A stretch of 64,000 bases of DNA from Felis catus (lineage: Eukaryota). The stretch's first letter is position 1. Each line of letters starts with the position of its first letter. The notes beneath the pieces are model-generated. The model saw only the letters and a list, made by a program, of their open reading frames with translations, did no database searches and was not told the DNA's origin. A program made the position numbers and the translations under genes. Positions 1 to 11,616 of this stretch are shown here, one piece after another. The DNA lies in NCBI RefSeq assembly GCF_018350175.1, contig NC_058368.1, forward strand, positions 133,798,001 through 133,862,000, given 5' to 3'.

Positions 1-52
1 AAGCTGAAATCCAGAGTCAGATGCTTACCTGACTGAGCCACCAAGGTGCCCC
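1..52 (-). mobile_element. CanSINE 5' head, cut by the window edge
   Basis: gactgagccaccaaggtgcccc is the reverse complement of the SINE start GGGGCACC..GGTGGCTCAGTC. Confidence 0.85.
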
Positions 53-100
53 TCATCTTATATTTTAATTCTGAATGCCAATGAAAATGAAGCTCCCTGG

Positions 101-327
101 GGGGTGTCTGGGTGGCTCATTCGGTTGAGCGTCCAACTCCAGCTCAGGTCATGATCTCACAGTTTGTGGTGTGGGTTCGAGCCCCGCACACGGCTCTGTG
201 CTGACATCTCAGACCCTGGAGCCTGCTTCAGAGTGTGTGTCTCCCCCTCTCCCTGACCCTCCCATGTTCATGCTCTGTCTCTCTCTGTCTCTCAATAATA
301 AATACATGTTAAAAAAAAAAGTTAAAA
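101..327 (+). mobile_element. CanSINE, full length
   Basis: tRNA-like head with A/B boxes, (CT)n linker and A tail; target-site duplication (TSD) gaaaatgaagct on both sides. Confidence 0.93.
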
Positions 328-2151
328 GAAAATGAAGCTGTCTGTGAAAAAAAAAAAATCAGGTTTAAAGTAGCCAGTTACCTTTATTTGTGTAAGTCCA
401 AATATATCACGTTAAATATGGGAGGTAGAATAACTATAATATATTCTATTTTAATGTTTTTACATACAATTATTAAAAGTTATCTTCATCAGGAAAGAAT
501 GTTTATGTAATTATTATAAATTGTCAGAGTTATTACTTGAGATGTATAAGTATATTTATTACCCACATATTTAATGATATAATTCAGATAATTAGCGTAG
601 AGACGGCAGTTTTTTACTTTAATGTTGTACTAAGATAAATGGTTTGCCTACTGTTCACATTTATCTGTAGCACAGAACTCATCAAAATATATGGTTGCTA
701 CAGAAACAAAGTGAAATATATCTGTCTTGACCAGTAGCTCATGCATAAGTGTTTTATTCTCTTTAGAGTCCTAACTGTGCCACAAAAGCAAAGTGAACTC
801 TGGCTGGGTTCCATATCCCTGTGCACACGCACAGGTGAATGTCAATGTATTATAAGCATCTAGGGGGCTAATGGGACCTCTTGGTTCTCCATTTAGGGTT
901 GGAAACTTAGACATGGTGCCAAGATGTGTCGTTGCCTCTACCCATGAAACTGCATGAAAGATGGGGGAGTTTCTTTCTAGTTTTCTTTAGGTCATTCTGC
1001 ATGAAAACTACCTGTCAGAATTAAAAGTGGTAAAACTGTGCATTCTGTAAGAATGGTAAGTTTCTTCCTCATGAGAGTTTCAGTCTCAAAGCGGTTTGCC
1101 ATTTGTCAACGAGTAGAGACTTGGACGAAAGAGTTGTTTGGCTCCTAGTCTGTTTTAAGCGCTTCAGATAAGAAACATCCTTATTTCCCAGAAGCCACCC
1201 CCTAGGGGATGATCTCTTATGGCTACCTCCAAGTTTAAGAAGCTCTCCCTAAAGCAGGGGAGATTTCATTTGGGGGATGAGGCTTGGGAAGTGGAGTTTG
1301 GTACACTCTGCCCTACCATTGTCTGCACCTGTTTGTTCATGAATTCAGTAACTATTAGCTGAACACCTTCCCTATGTTGGGCATTGTGTTGAGAAGGCAG
1401 TGGTGAAGGAGACAGATGATTCCTGCCATTTTGAAAGCTTGCAGTTTCATGGGGAATGTGGTGGGAGTGGGTGAAGAAGACACGAAGATTAACAGGAACT
1501 TGCAGCATTGTGTGTGATTGTGCCTCTGTGTCTACCTCTCTTAGCCCTCAAGAGGGTGGGGAGTGCAGGAATACAAAACAGCTTTGAGAGCATCCCGTGG
1601 CCATGTGACAGAAAGTTTACGGGGAAGTAAACCAGGTTGGTGGCTGAGAGAGGAGCCAGCGAATGGTGGAGACTACTCCAGGCACAGAACCCTGGCAATG
1701 AGACCTGAAGAAATTGTATTAGGGCGCCAGAGGCCTGAAATTTACTCCCCTGGCGGGAGGTGCTGATGAAGGGTTTTACCTAGGGCAGTGAGTGATTAGA
1801 TCCCATTTGCCCATTGGAAAGATTCCTGGCAGTGGAGGAGGAAGTGGAATGGGACAAGGAGGAGGCCAGGCTTCCAGGCCAGAGATAGTGGCGATACGAC
1901 TGCCAAGTTGGTGGCAGTGAGCGTGAAGGGAGATGGAATCCACAGGACTGGATGACCAGTTGGATGATTATAGTGAGGAAGGGTGAAACCGGAAACACAG
2001 GAAACAGGACAGCAAAAGTAATAAATAATTTTGGTTTACTCCTATAGACACCCAAGTTGCAGTGTGCAGCTGACTATCGGGATGCAAGGATCTGGAACAT
2101 AGGAACAAGTTCCAGGTTGAGGATTAAGAGGCATCCACATAAAGATCAATG

Positions 2152-2355
2152 TTTGTTTGCTTGTTTGTTTGTTTGTTTGTTGAGAGAGGAAGCATGAGCA
2201 GGGGAGGGACAGAGGGAGAGGGAAAGAATCTGAAGCGGGCTCCACACCCAGCATGGAGGCCAGTGCGGGGGGGCCCCATCTCACAACTGTGAGATCATGA
2301 CCTGATCTGAAATCAGCAGTCAGACGCTCAACCAGCTGAGCCACCCAGGCACCCC
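2152..2355 (-). mobile_element. CanSINE with (TTTG)n tail
   Basis: Reverse head cagctgagccacccaggcacccc; TSD cacataaagatcaatg / cacataaggattaatg. Confidence 0.92.
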
Positions 2356-3523
2356 ACATAAGGATTAATGAATAGTGTCAAAGTTGATTACTGTTGAATA
2401 TTTCTCTTCCTGGAGTCTTCAGTATTTAGGGCTGCCTAGATCCAGGGCAGAATCTTTTGTGCCTTGTGTGTTCCCAAGTGAGATGGAGGTGAGGATAGGA
2501 GATGATTTTCACATGATCTGTGTAGTGAAACATATACTTAACCTTTTTCATAGGTGTGTGTGTTTTCTTTTTCTTGGGGGTTAACATTTAGGGTTTAGCC
2601 ATCTTTGATCAAAGAATCCTCCAGCTACTGAAGTTTCATGGTACTGCTGGCATTTTCCTCACAGTTAAAAGTATATTGGGGAACCCCACCATCATGTATA
2701 GTCTGTCTCTAAGGAAAAAGAAATGAGTATGGAAAGAGATGATAGGAGTTGATTAAGACATTGGGGTTGCAGAATTCTGTGGCATAGTCATAGTGTTCTT
2801 TGTTGTTTTGTTTGTTTTACTTTTTTCACCCTCTTTTTCTTGACCAGCACAGAAAGCATTTTGTATTCAGAAGTCCTCAGTTGGGAGCGTGATTTCTGGG
2901 TCCACAAAGAGGGAAAATGAGGTGGACAGAATGGTAGTTTTAGAAGGAGAACATGTTTGCTTATGTGGGCAAAAGGGTAGGAGGAAGCGAAATAGAAATT
3001 CATTCTTATTGAGTTGATAATCTCATGTTAATCACATCATTGAAATGGTTGGCTGTGTTTTGTACAGTCTATACAGAGTTGGTCCTAATTCATATGAAAG
3101 GAAGACTTAGACATTATTTTTATTCATTTTGAACTCTGAATTACATACTGCAGAATTTCATGTAATAACTGTTGAAGTTGAAAAAATGTAGATATGTTAC
3201 AAAGTTGAAAGTCACCACAATTTCATAGTTAAATGTGAAATGTTATGTATATTTAGGAATATGTAGAGAATTAAAAATCCAAATTCCAAATTAAGTACAT
3301 ATTTTTTATTACCTAAATGTTTCATATATATGTGAATAAATATCACTCTTTCACATTTTTGTAGGTCATTAACAAATAATTTCTCAGGGCAATATGATAT
3401 AAAAGCTCTGTAATTAATTCAGTAATTCCATGATACGATACCTCTATTCCGTATCTCATTCATTTTATGGTCTCGGGCAGTATTTGACGGTTTAAGGTTG
3501 TTTTCCTTTAAAACTTTGGCTTA

Positions 3524-3742
3524 GGGGCGCCTGGGTGGCGCAGTCGGTTAAGCGTCCGACTTCAGCCAGGTCACGATCTCGCGGTCCGTGAGTTCGAGCC
3601 CCGCATCGGGCTCTGGGCTGATGGCTCAGAGCCTGGAGCCTGTTTCCGATTCTGTGTCTCCCTCTCTCTCTTCCCCTGCCCCGTTCATGCTCTGTCTCTC
3701 TCTGTCTCAAAAATAAATTAAAAACAAAAACAAAAACAAAAA
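3524..3742 (+). mobile_element. Young felid SINEC_Fc-type CanSINE
   Basis: ggggcgcctgggtggcgcagtcggttaagcgtccgacttcagccaggtcacg with CpGs intact; TSD aaaactttg(g/t)ctt. Confidence 0.95.
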
Positions 3743-4251
3743 AAAACTTTGTCTTGAACCAGGTTAGTATGAGTGAAAACTCTGAGTTGACCATCTGATG
3801 GTTATTGGATAGCTCTTGTAAAATTACATATTCATCAGTTTGGTTTTTGGAAAGGTAACCATAACCCTGGTAGCAGAAATAGATCATCTGAGTGACATTT
3901 TAAGTCAGAAAAAAAAAAAAAAAAAGCTTTTCGTTTCTGTCATTCATCATTGCAGAGCACTCCTGAGGCAAATCAGTAAGACTCCCAGAGGTAATGTTCG
4001 GAAGAAGACCTGTTTTGTATATAGTAATGAGATTGTGGTTTTAAACCCATCCATTCTATTTTGTAGTTTGAAGTGGCTTTAGTTCGAAACCTTAAAACCA
4101 TATAAGCTTTGTGTGTTTGGAGCTCCCCAGGTTTTGTAAATGTTCTTTGCCTCAGCACTTTCCTATCTTGAGTCCTAGTGTCACTTTCTTACAATGTCTC
4201 ATTGTGGAGAGCCTTGGGTGTGTCTCAATGGCTATATTTTTATTTAGTATC

Positions 4252-4320
4252 TTGGTTCACTAGAGCATTGTGCTAAGGAGGCCAAGGTTATGAGTGTTGA
4301 TTCCATCCCAGTCAACCTTT
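4252..4320 (+). mobile_element. Degenerate tRNA-Ile-like SINE head (MamSINE1-like relic)
   Basis: tagagcattgtgctaaggaggccaaggttatgagtgttgattcc resembles tRNA-Ile TAGAGCGTGGTGCTAATAACGCCAAGGTCGCGGGTTCGATCCCC. Confidence 0.55.
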
Positions 4321-7300
4321 AAAGTGACAAGTATTTTCCCTGTAGGTTCAACTGGTGCTTCAGAACTGGCTGAAAATATTTGACTATTTTTGTTCAAAGT
4401 ATGGATGAGGCTGCCCCATTCATTAACTACACTGGAGAAAATAAAACTGATGTCCATCGGGTGAAATCTTTCCAAATGGGGACAGTAATTTTTTCTTGGG
4501 TGAAAGAAAGCATTTACTCTTATCTGTGGGGGAAAACACATGCATTTCAGCAGACTTGTTTTAATGTAAGTTCCAAGAGAATGGAGACCATCAGTCTTCG
4601 TAGTACTACCCCATCCTGGTGTGCTCGGCATAGACAGAAATGATCAGCTCTCAACGTCTACTGCAGCGGAGAACGCTGGGCATTTTGTGGAGTAGATGGC
4701 AGAGGGGGGTCATCTCTTCCACCTATTTAACCTGATTTATTGCCTTTGAATTTTTTAATAAGGACATATTTTAAGCTCCATCTGGGGACTGAGAGCTCTG
4801 ATCATTCATGCAGTGAACTTTGAATAAGTTGATAAGATTGGCTGGACCCTATTACCATAATGGATGGTGACTATTTGACATTTACAATGGAATGCTCCAT
4901 TTGCACTAAAATAAGTGAATTTGTATTTAAAAATAATTTACCAGTTGTTTTTTTTCCCCCTACCAGACCTAAAATAGAGGTCATTTACATTCAAAGCTAA
5001 AAAATAATAACTGCATTCGGACTTAGTGAAATTTGTTGAATACATGTTAATTCGTGCGGCCCCATTAAACCAGATTGTGTTGATCTGTTAGCTGGAGAAA
5101 GAGCAGGAGTCCTCTTACTCTCATGGACCTCAACTCTAAGTTACTAGATTTTCTGAATACACAAGGATTTTTACTAAGTGCACATTGTTTGTCAGGCCTT
5201 GTGACCTTCCTGCCGACTGAACTGCTTATAGGTTAGATGGTGGTTGTCTCTGCTGTTCCAGTTTTAATTGCAACTTCTCTGGTTTGAAAACTGATTTGTG
5301 TAGCTCTTCCTGGTGGAGCATTAGGTCACTGGTATCCTTTGCTGCCCATGATGCATGGAAGTGAGTCAGTGGAAAATTCACTTACTCATCATGACCTACT
5401 TCTGTCACTTGCGTTGAAGGTGCGCTTATTTGTCAAAAGCCATCTGTCCCCCTTCCAGAAACTCTTGCTCAATTGCTACTTTAACCCCTTAGCCTATAGG
5501 TTCTTTTAGAATTTTCACAGTTACTTGAATGTGTCTATCAGCTACACTGTAGTAGGTGTAACCTGTTTTAAATCGACGCTCGGAAGCCAGAGACAGTCTG
5601 ATCTTGTATGGCTCTCAGCACATTGCAACCCCCCCCCCCCCCCCAATCCCCAGTCACTGCTTTTCTAATGAAGATTCTAGGCCTTCGAGGAGAAACTGTA
5701 AAATGGTAAGTTTCAGGATTTATTAGGAGCACACTCTCCCCTCCCTCATTTTCAGTAGAACTTTCCCTTTCTCATGTTTATTAGCTTATTCTTGGGTTCA
5801 TTGATCCAGCAAGGTTTAGTCAAGGGTGGCTTTGTGCCTGGTCAGTAGGGTCACAAGAAAAATAAGATCTGTGCTTCTTGCCTGCATGCAGTTTATACTC
5901 CCCACTAGGAGAGTTGCAAAGAGTCATTTTAAAGTAAGACCAATTTTAAATTCCATTTTAAATGTGGGGAAGTACGGAATATTCCACTCGGAGACCAAAA
6001 CAAGGATTACTTCTTCATTTTGTTGTCAGATCAGTCCTGCCTCTCTTTGACCAGAAGGTTCACCCTTTTCACACAGTCATACATGTCAGTGTGTGAAATT
6101 GTGTACCATCGACCTTTATGCAAGTAGGAGAGGCTTTCTTGAGAACAGAATTCTAAACTGCACAAAAGGAAGTGATGTGTATTAATTTATACATTTTATT
6201 AAGTACACATACACACACATATATATGTGTGTGTATGACAACTGTAACCATATAAACATATAGTAACAGATGTATTGCTATTTCTTTCACGTCCAGTATT
6301 CACACCACAGAGGATTAGAAATGATATGCCATATTTACACATGAAACAAGGTAAAGTTCAATTCAGCATTATTTAAGGTATAACTATTTCATCTCAGAAT
6401 AATATAAAAATACTTGTTTCCCTGATCTAATCAGTTTACAGACTCTCAAGTCAGGAATGAATGATTATACCTGAACTAAATGTATAGAGGAAGTGAATGG
6501 AAACCAGCATTTGATGACAGAATAGTATTCTTCTTGAAATCCATGTCATTCTTGGCTCTTAATGACTGCTTACTGTGAACAACTCCTCTTAAAAAACAAA
6601 AACAAAAACAAAAAACACTTTTGCCTGCTTGATAGCACTTAAAAAAAAAAGCAGCACCTGTTTCCATTAAAATAACCAAGTGGAATTTTGTTTTCTGCTA
6701 ACTGATGAAGTTGTGAATATTAATGTATTTGGATCTTAATTTCCTTGTGCTGTTTTCAGATTGTTACTGATAACTCTCCTTTTGGAGAAGACTTTGTAGA
6801 GAAAGCATTCAGGTTCAGACCGAGCTCATTGGTTCACATTTATTACAACATAGGCATGGTTTATATTGCTGAAAATGTTCTTTGCTTTTAGACAAAGAAC
6901 CACAAGGTTCTGCTCAAAGACATTAGTGAAACGGCCAATTCGAAAGTAAATAAGAGCTAGTTAAGCTGAGTTAACAATGGAGAAACAGTGATGTGTGGTG
7001 CCCTGTGAATTTTGTCGCGTTAGAATGATCTAGATTTTGCAACATGATAACTGATTAACTTTGACCCTACTGTGGGAAGACAGTCGGCTTGTGTTCATTT
7101 GCTCCTTGCAGCTTTATCTTTGCTTTTGCAACCATTTTCTGTGATAAGCAAAATAAATTAAAGTTTCAAAGGAATCCGTTTGTCAAGTAATACGGCATTG
7201 TGAATCTCCATCTACATACACAATCTATGTGGAGGTCCATATAAACAATGAAGTCTAAGAACAGGTTTTTACACTGTATTACATTTCATTATAGGCATAA

Positions 7301-8819
7301 CCCTGTTGATCTGTTTGGTTCTCAATGAAAGAGGCCCTTCACGGCAGCTTACTTTTCATAACAGACCCCATTTCAAACAAGAGATTAGAGATTAAGCCAG
7401 TTGGCCAGTGACTTAAGTATAAAATATCTTATCTGGGCTTTGCGCAATCTCTTCATTTAAAACTACTTACCTAAAAGGCTTATTTCTTTTGTTGTGGTGT
7501 CATCACAGGCCACACCTAGAGAATTTAGAATTGTTTCTTAGAGCTTATTCAGCTGTTTTCTGCTAAGCTGTCTTTAAGTAAGGTATTGAGAAGCAACATA
7601 ACCTTTCTGGGCCATAACCTCCAGTGTGATGGGAATGCTCTCTGTCGCCACAAAAGCATGGCATTTCTGCAGCCTTTGGAAAAGTCTGAGGAGGGAAATG
7701 GATGGGGTCCCTGCCAAGTAGTACTTGTGGGCATTTGAGTGGGTCGTGGGGAGCTCTGTAATAGTGATTCCAAAACCACAAGGTCTCCCTGTTCTCCCTT
7801 TGGTGCTAGATTCCTAAGTTATGCCCCGCCCCACCCCTACCGTCTGTCCTATAGCCACTTGTTCTGTAGTGGGGACCAAGGGTAGGTAATAACAGATGAT
7901 TCATTCCATATGACTAACCTCCAGCACTGGGGCTTTCTTAACGTGTGACAGTGTGATTCTAGTTAGCTTCTGCATTGCAGCCTCAACTTCTGTACGTGTT
8001 TGGCACATGGAATGTGAGACACTTTATGTTCCAATGCAATATGGTAATCACCACCTGAATATAAATTCAGTGATTAAAGCTCCAAAAGAAGCGACGATAT
8101 TTAACAAGAAATGCTGGGAAGAGTTGATGTTTATAGAGCTGTTTGTTGTTCCCGAGTAGCTGGCTTTGTCTTCCACTGTATCAGTAGTGTGTTGTACGTG
8201 GCTATTCTAAAAGGATGGTCTTGATTTATGGAGTGTGTTTACGTAATTGAGGGGGTTAGCTGAGAAACAAAAAAAAAGTTCCCTTGAAGGACTGAAGGAC
8301 TGCTCATTTAGAGGGAGCCACTGAGGTGACCTGCTTTTACTTTGAAATCTGCGCAACCACAGGGTCGTATTTGGTGTTTTCATTGACATTTTAGGTCCAG
8401 GAGACCTGTTTTCCTTCTGGCTTTGCTATTGGTTGAGTTGACCAAGCCTGCCAAAGTCTGGCTATGTCTCCCGCACATCATTAATAACTATTAGAATTGC
8501 CTTGCCCTGGCTTTGATTAGCACTACTGTGACTACACTACCAAAAGCAATTGGATGGCAGTTAATTAAAGGGGTGCCGACGATTCCTTCCCTTTGCAAAC
8601 ATGTGGTCAGCATTCTGTGCTGGCTTTCTCTTTTCATGTTTTAATCCTGGCTCTGACAAGAGATGAGCTTTTGCTAAAATACTAAAACGACACTTATTAA
8701 TGATTTCTCTGAGAGAGACACTTCACTGGTATTCTTCATCGCTGTGAGTGAGTTGACGTTGGCTGGTACATCACAACCAAGGTGATCCGGTATGTCATTT
8801 TTTTTTTCCACTGTGAACG

Positions 8820-8945
8820 CTTTCTTTTTTTAAAAATGACTTTATTGAGGTATAGTTGACATAGCAAACGCTGGACATATTTAATGTATACCACTTGATG
8901 AGTTTGGAGATAAGTATATATATTCGTGCAACCGTCACCACAACC
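8820..8945 (-). mobile_element. L1 3' end fragment (old L1M type)
   Basis: ctttattgaggtatagttgacata...ttgatgagtttgg...accgtcaccaca is a typical antisense L1 3' terminus. Confidence 0.75.
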
Positions 8946-10135
8946 TGTGCCCTACTACGGCTCCTTGATGTAGCCCTTCTGAGATGGTGAAGGGAAGTGG
9001 AAACCAGCAGTGGCTTCCTCACCACTTGAGTTGTTTACAGTCGAAGCCTATGTGGGATAATGAGGCCTGATCTCAGCTGGGGTGTGGTATTCCTGGATGC
9101 CTGCAGTGGGCATAAACATCTGTAACTGGCACTTGCCAAGCAAGCATGGCTCTTGTGCTCAACTCTGTCCTGCTTCCCTTTATCCCCAGCCACATACTTG
9201 CTCACCACAGGGTCTGTCATATTGTACCTCTTGGAGCCCTGCATTGGAACAGAGGAGACACAGGTCCTGGCCACTCACAAGTCGCATGAAGAAACAGGAA
9301 CCTCTGCCTGCTCTGGATCGCTCAGCCCTTCTTCTAGGCTTGGGCCCTCCCCTTCTATTCCCTGGAGGAACAGGGCCCACAGGCTCTTTTGTCCTCAGGG
9401 CAGGGTCTGGGTGGCAAATTGCCTCCAGGCCGCCTCCTGCCTCTACTCCGGAAACCAGAACTCAGGACAGGCCCTCTAAGTCCCAGGAACCGGACTCTGC
9501 ACGCAAAGATTTCTTCTCCTTTATACTTTGCATTGTCCTCCAGGGGAAGGAATACTACAAATTATTATCTTAATAAACTGTCATGTCAAGGACACATACG
9601 TCTTCACTTTCTACCACCCTCCATTCCTCTTGGGAATCCTGGCTAGCAGTATTAAAAAAGCCATCTGCTTTTCTTTTCAAATCACACACACATTTTTCCA
9701 GATGAAGAGGTTACAACATTCAGGATTGGAATTTTGTGGAAACACGTGCACGCACACTTAAACTCCCATACTCCCGCTGCTGACGAGTAACCGCCATTAT
9801 TGTTCATGTACATTTCCTTCCAGTCCTTTTTCTTTTTTTTTTTTTTTTGCCTTTTCTATAGTTTAAACATGTTTGACAGCAGGTTTTGGACTCTACGTTT
9901 GTTTTTCACCTTTGTCTTTGTAAGCATTTTTGGAATAATGTCCCATAAGACTGATTGTCATCAGTTCTCTGCCATCTCAGAAAAATGTCCAAAAAAGGGA
10001 TGTGTACATAGAGTTGATGGTAAAACAGCCAGATTACATACAAAAAAAAAACCAAAAAAACAAAAAAAAACTTCCCCAGAGAGGAGACAGTTAATTCTAG
10101 GTAATTGTTGAGTGATCTTGAAAAGAGAAAAGTGA

Positions 10136-10270
10136 GGGAGCCCTTGGGTGGCTCAGTTGGTGAAGCATCTGACTTCAGCTCAGGTCATGATCTCAGGTTT
10201 GTGAGTTCAAGCCTGCATTGGGCTCTTTCCCTCTCTCTCTTACCTCCCTCTCTCATGCTCTCACACTGAT
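10136..10270 (+). mobile_element. CanSINE with internal deletion
   Basis: Head gggtggctcagttggtgaagc..caggtcatgatctc joins the (CT)n part directly; flanked by gaaaagtgag repeats. Confidence 0.85.
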
Positions 10271-11247
10271 TGTCATTTTTTTTTTTTTAAAGGGAAAAGT
10301 GAGTGGGCAAGCTCAAGGGTCTTGCTCCAAGTTCCAGCTCTTCTTACCTGAGGGGGGGAGGGGCAAGGGGAGAGGGGAGACCTTCCTGGCTCAGCCTCTG
10401 TCTTTGAGCCGCCTGGGACCAGCCTTTTCTTGCTCAGTTTGGGACTTTTTCAAACCATTTGATTTCAGGCCACCGTGACTCAGACAGAACTAGGTCTTTA
10501 TTGTGGGGAAGATTTTTAAAAATAGATATTTCATTTAGTACATAAAAAGCATTTACAGGACAGAATGACCAAAAAAGGAGCTATATCCTAAGAAAAGTTG
10601 CCAACTCTTACTTCTATTCCTGAACCTTATCAATTTTTAAAAAACCTGTTAGAAAGGGAAGTAGTTTTCTTCATTTCTCTACAAATTGATGAACTTTTTC
10701 ATAGATGAGTTAGAGATTAATCTTTTGAGGTAAAATCGTATCTTGCAAGAGGAGGTAGAAAACTAATCAAAGTTCTTTGTCTAAGAGGAAGTTTTCACAG
10801 TTGAAAAATGACTCATCTCTGAAGCTGGGCTGTGATGATGAGGGCCAGGAGGATTTGGGGGGATAGAGTTATCATTCATAATTAATACATCATTAATTCT
10901 TCCTAATGATGATGTCAGACTCATTGCTGATTGTTGTTGTTGCTTTTGACTAGAACACAAACATTAATTATTGGTTCCACTGGCATTTGCTGTAATATAA
11001 TAATTACATTAAAATTATTTTATGAATGGAATTGTATGTCTTAGTTTGATAGTGTATTATGGGCACATTAGCCATCTTGGGACCTCTCCTCCCCCCTCAT
11101 TACCTGTTTTATATTTCTCAATGCTAAAATGATTCCCATGTTAGGTATCTTTACTTTATATTGTACTTCACTTGAGAAAATGCCTTAACCTGACTCAGAT
11201 GAGAATCACTTGCCTACCTGGATACTGAAAGCTTTAGCCATTGTCTG

Positions 11248-11437
11248 TCTTCCTTCTTTCCTTCTTTCCTTCCTTCCTTCCTTCCTTCCTTCCTTCCTTC
11301 CTTCCTTCCTTCCTTCCCTCCTCTCCTCCTCCTCCTCCTCCTCCTCCTCCTCCTCCTCCTCCTTCTTCTTCCTCTTCTTCTTACTCTTCTTCTTCTTCTT
11401 CCTCTCCTCCTCCTCCTCCTCCTCCTCCTTCTTCTTT
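11248..11437. repeat. Compound polypyrimidine microsatellite (TTCC)n-(TCC)n-(TTC)n
   Basis: Directly visible; it adjoins the tail of the following antisense SINE. Confidence 0.95.
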
Positions 11438-11616
11438 TAATCTTTATTTATTTATTCAGAGACCGAGAGAGTGAGAGAGGAAGGGAGAGAAAGAATCCCA
11501 AGCAAGCTCTGTGCTCTCTCAAAACCTGCCACAGGGTCTGATCTCATAAGCTGTAAGATCACAACCTGAACTAATCAAGAGTTGATGCTTAACTGATTGA
11601 GCCACCCAGGCGCCCC
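11436..11616 (-). mobile_element. CanSINE
   Basis: Ends gattgagccacccaggcgcccc; (GA)n linker. Confidence 0.9.

Noticed and set aside
3492..3887. Recurrent ORFs such as RQRETEHERGRGRERGRHRIGNRLQ and VLTAQSLEPASDSVSP (also at 35338, 37359, 52029, 59743)
   Set aside because: These are translations of CanSINE sequence, not genes.
5681..5705. Possible 25-nt microexon ending ATG|gtaagt
   Set aside because: Poor pyrimidine tract and no peptide support; isolated donor matches are common in long introns.
6761..6811. Possible exon after gctgttttcag
   Set aside because: Weak donor (gttcag) and no recognisable peptide.
9082..9573. Longest ORF in the track (163 aa)
   Set aside because: Non-ATG start, no recognisable domain, no convincing splice signals; a GC-richer patch with several overlapping chance ORFs.
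11210..11474. Poly-Ser and poly-Pro ORFs
   Set aside because: Translations of a microsatellite.
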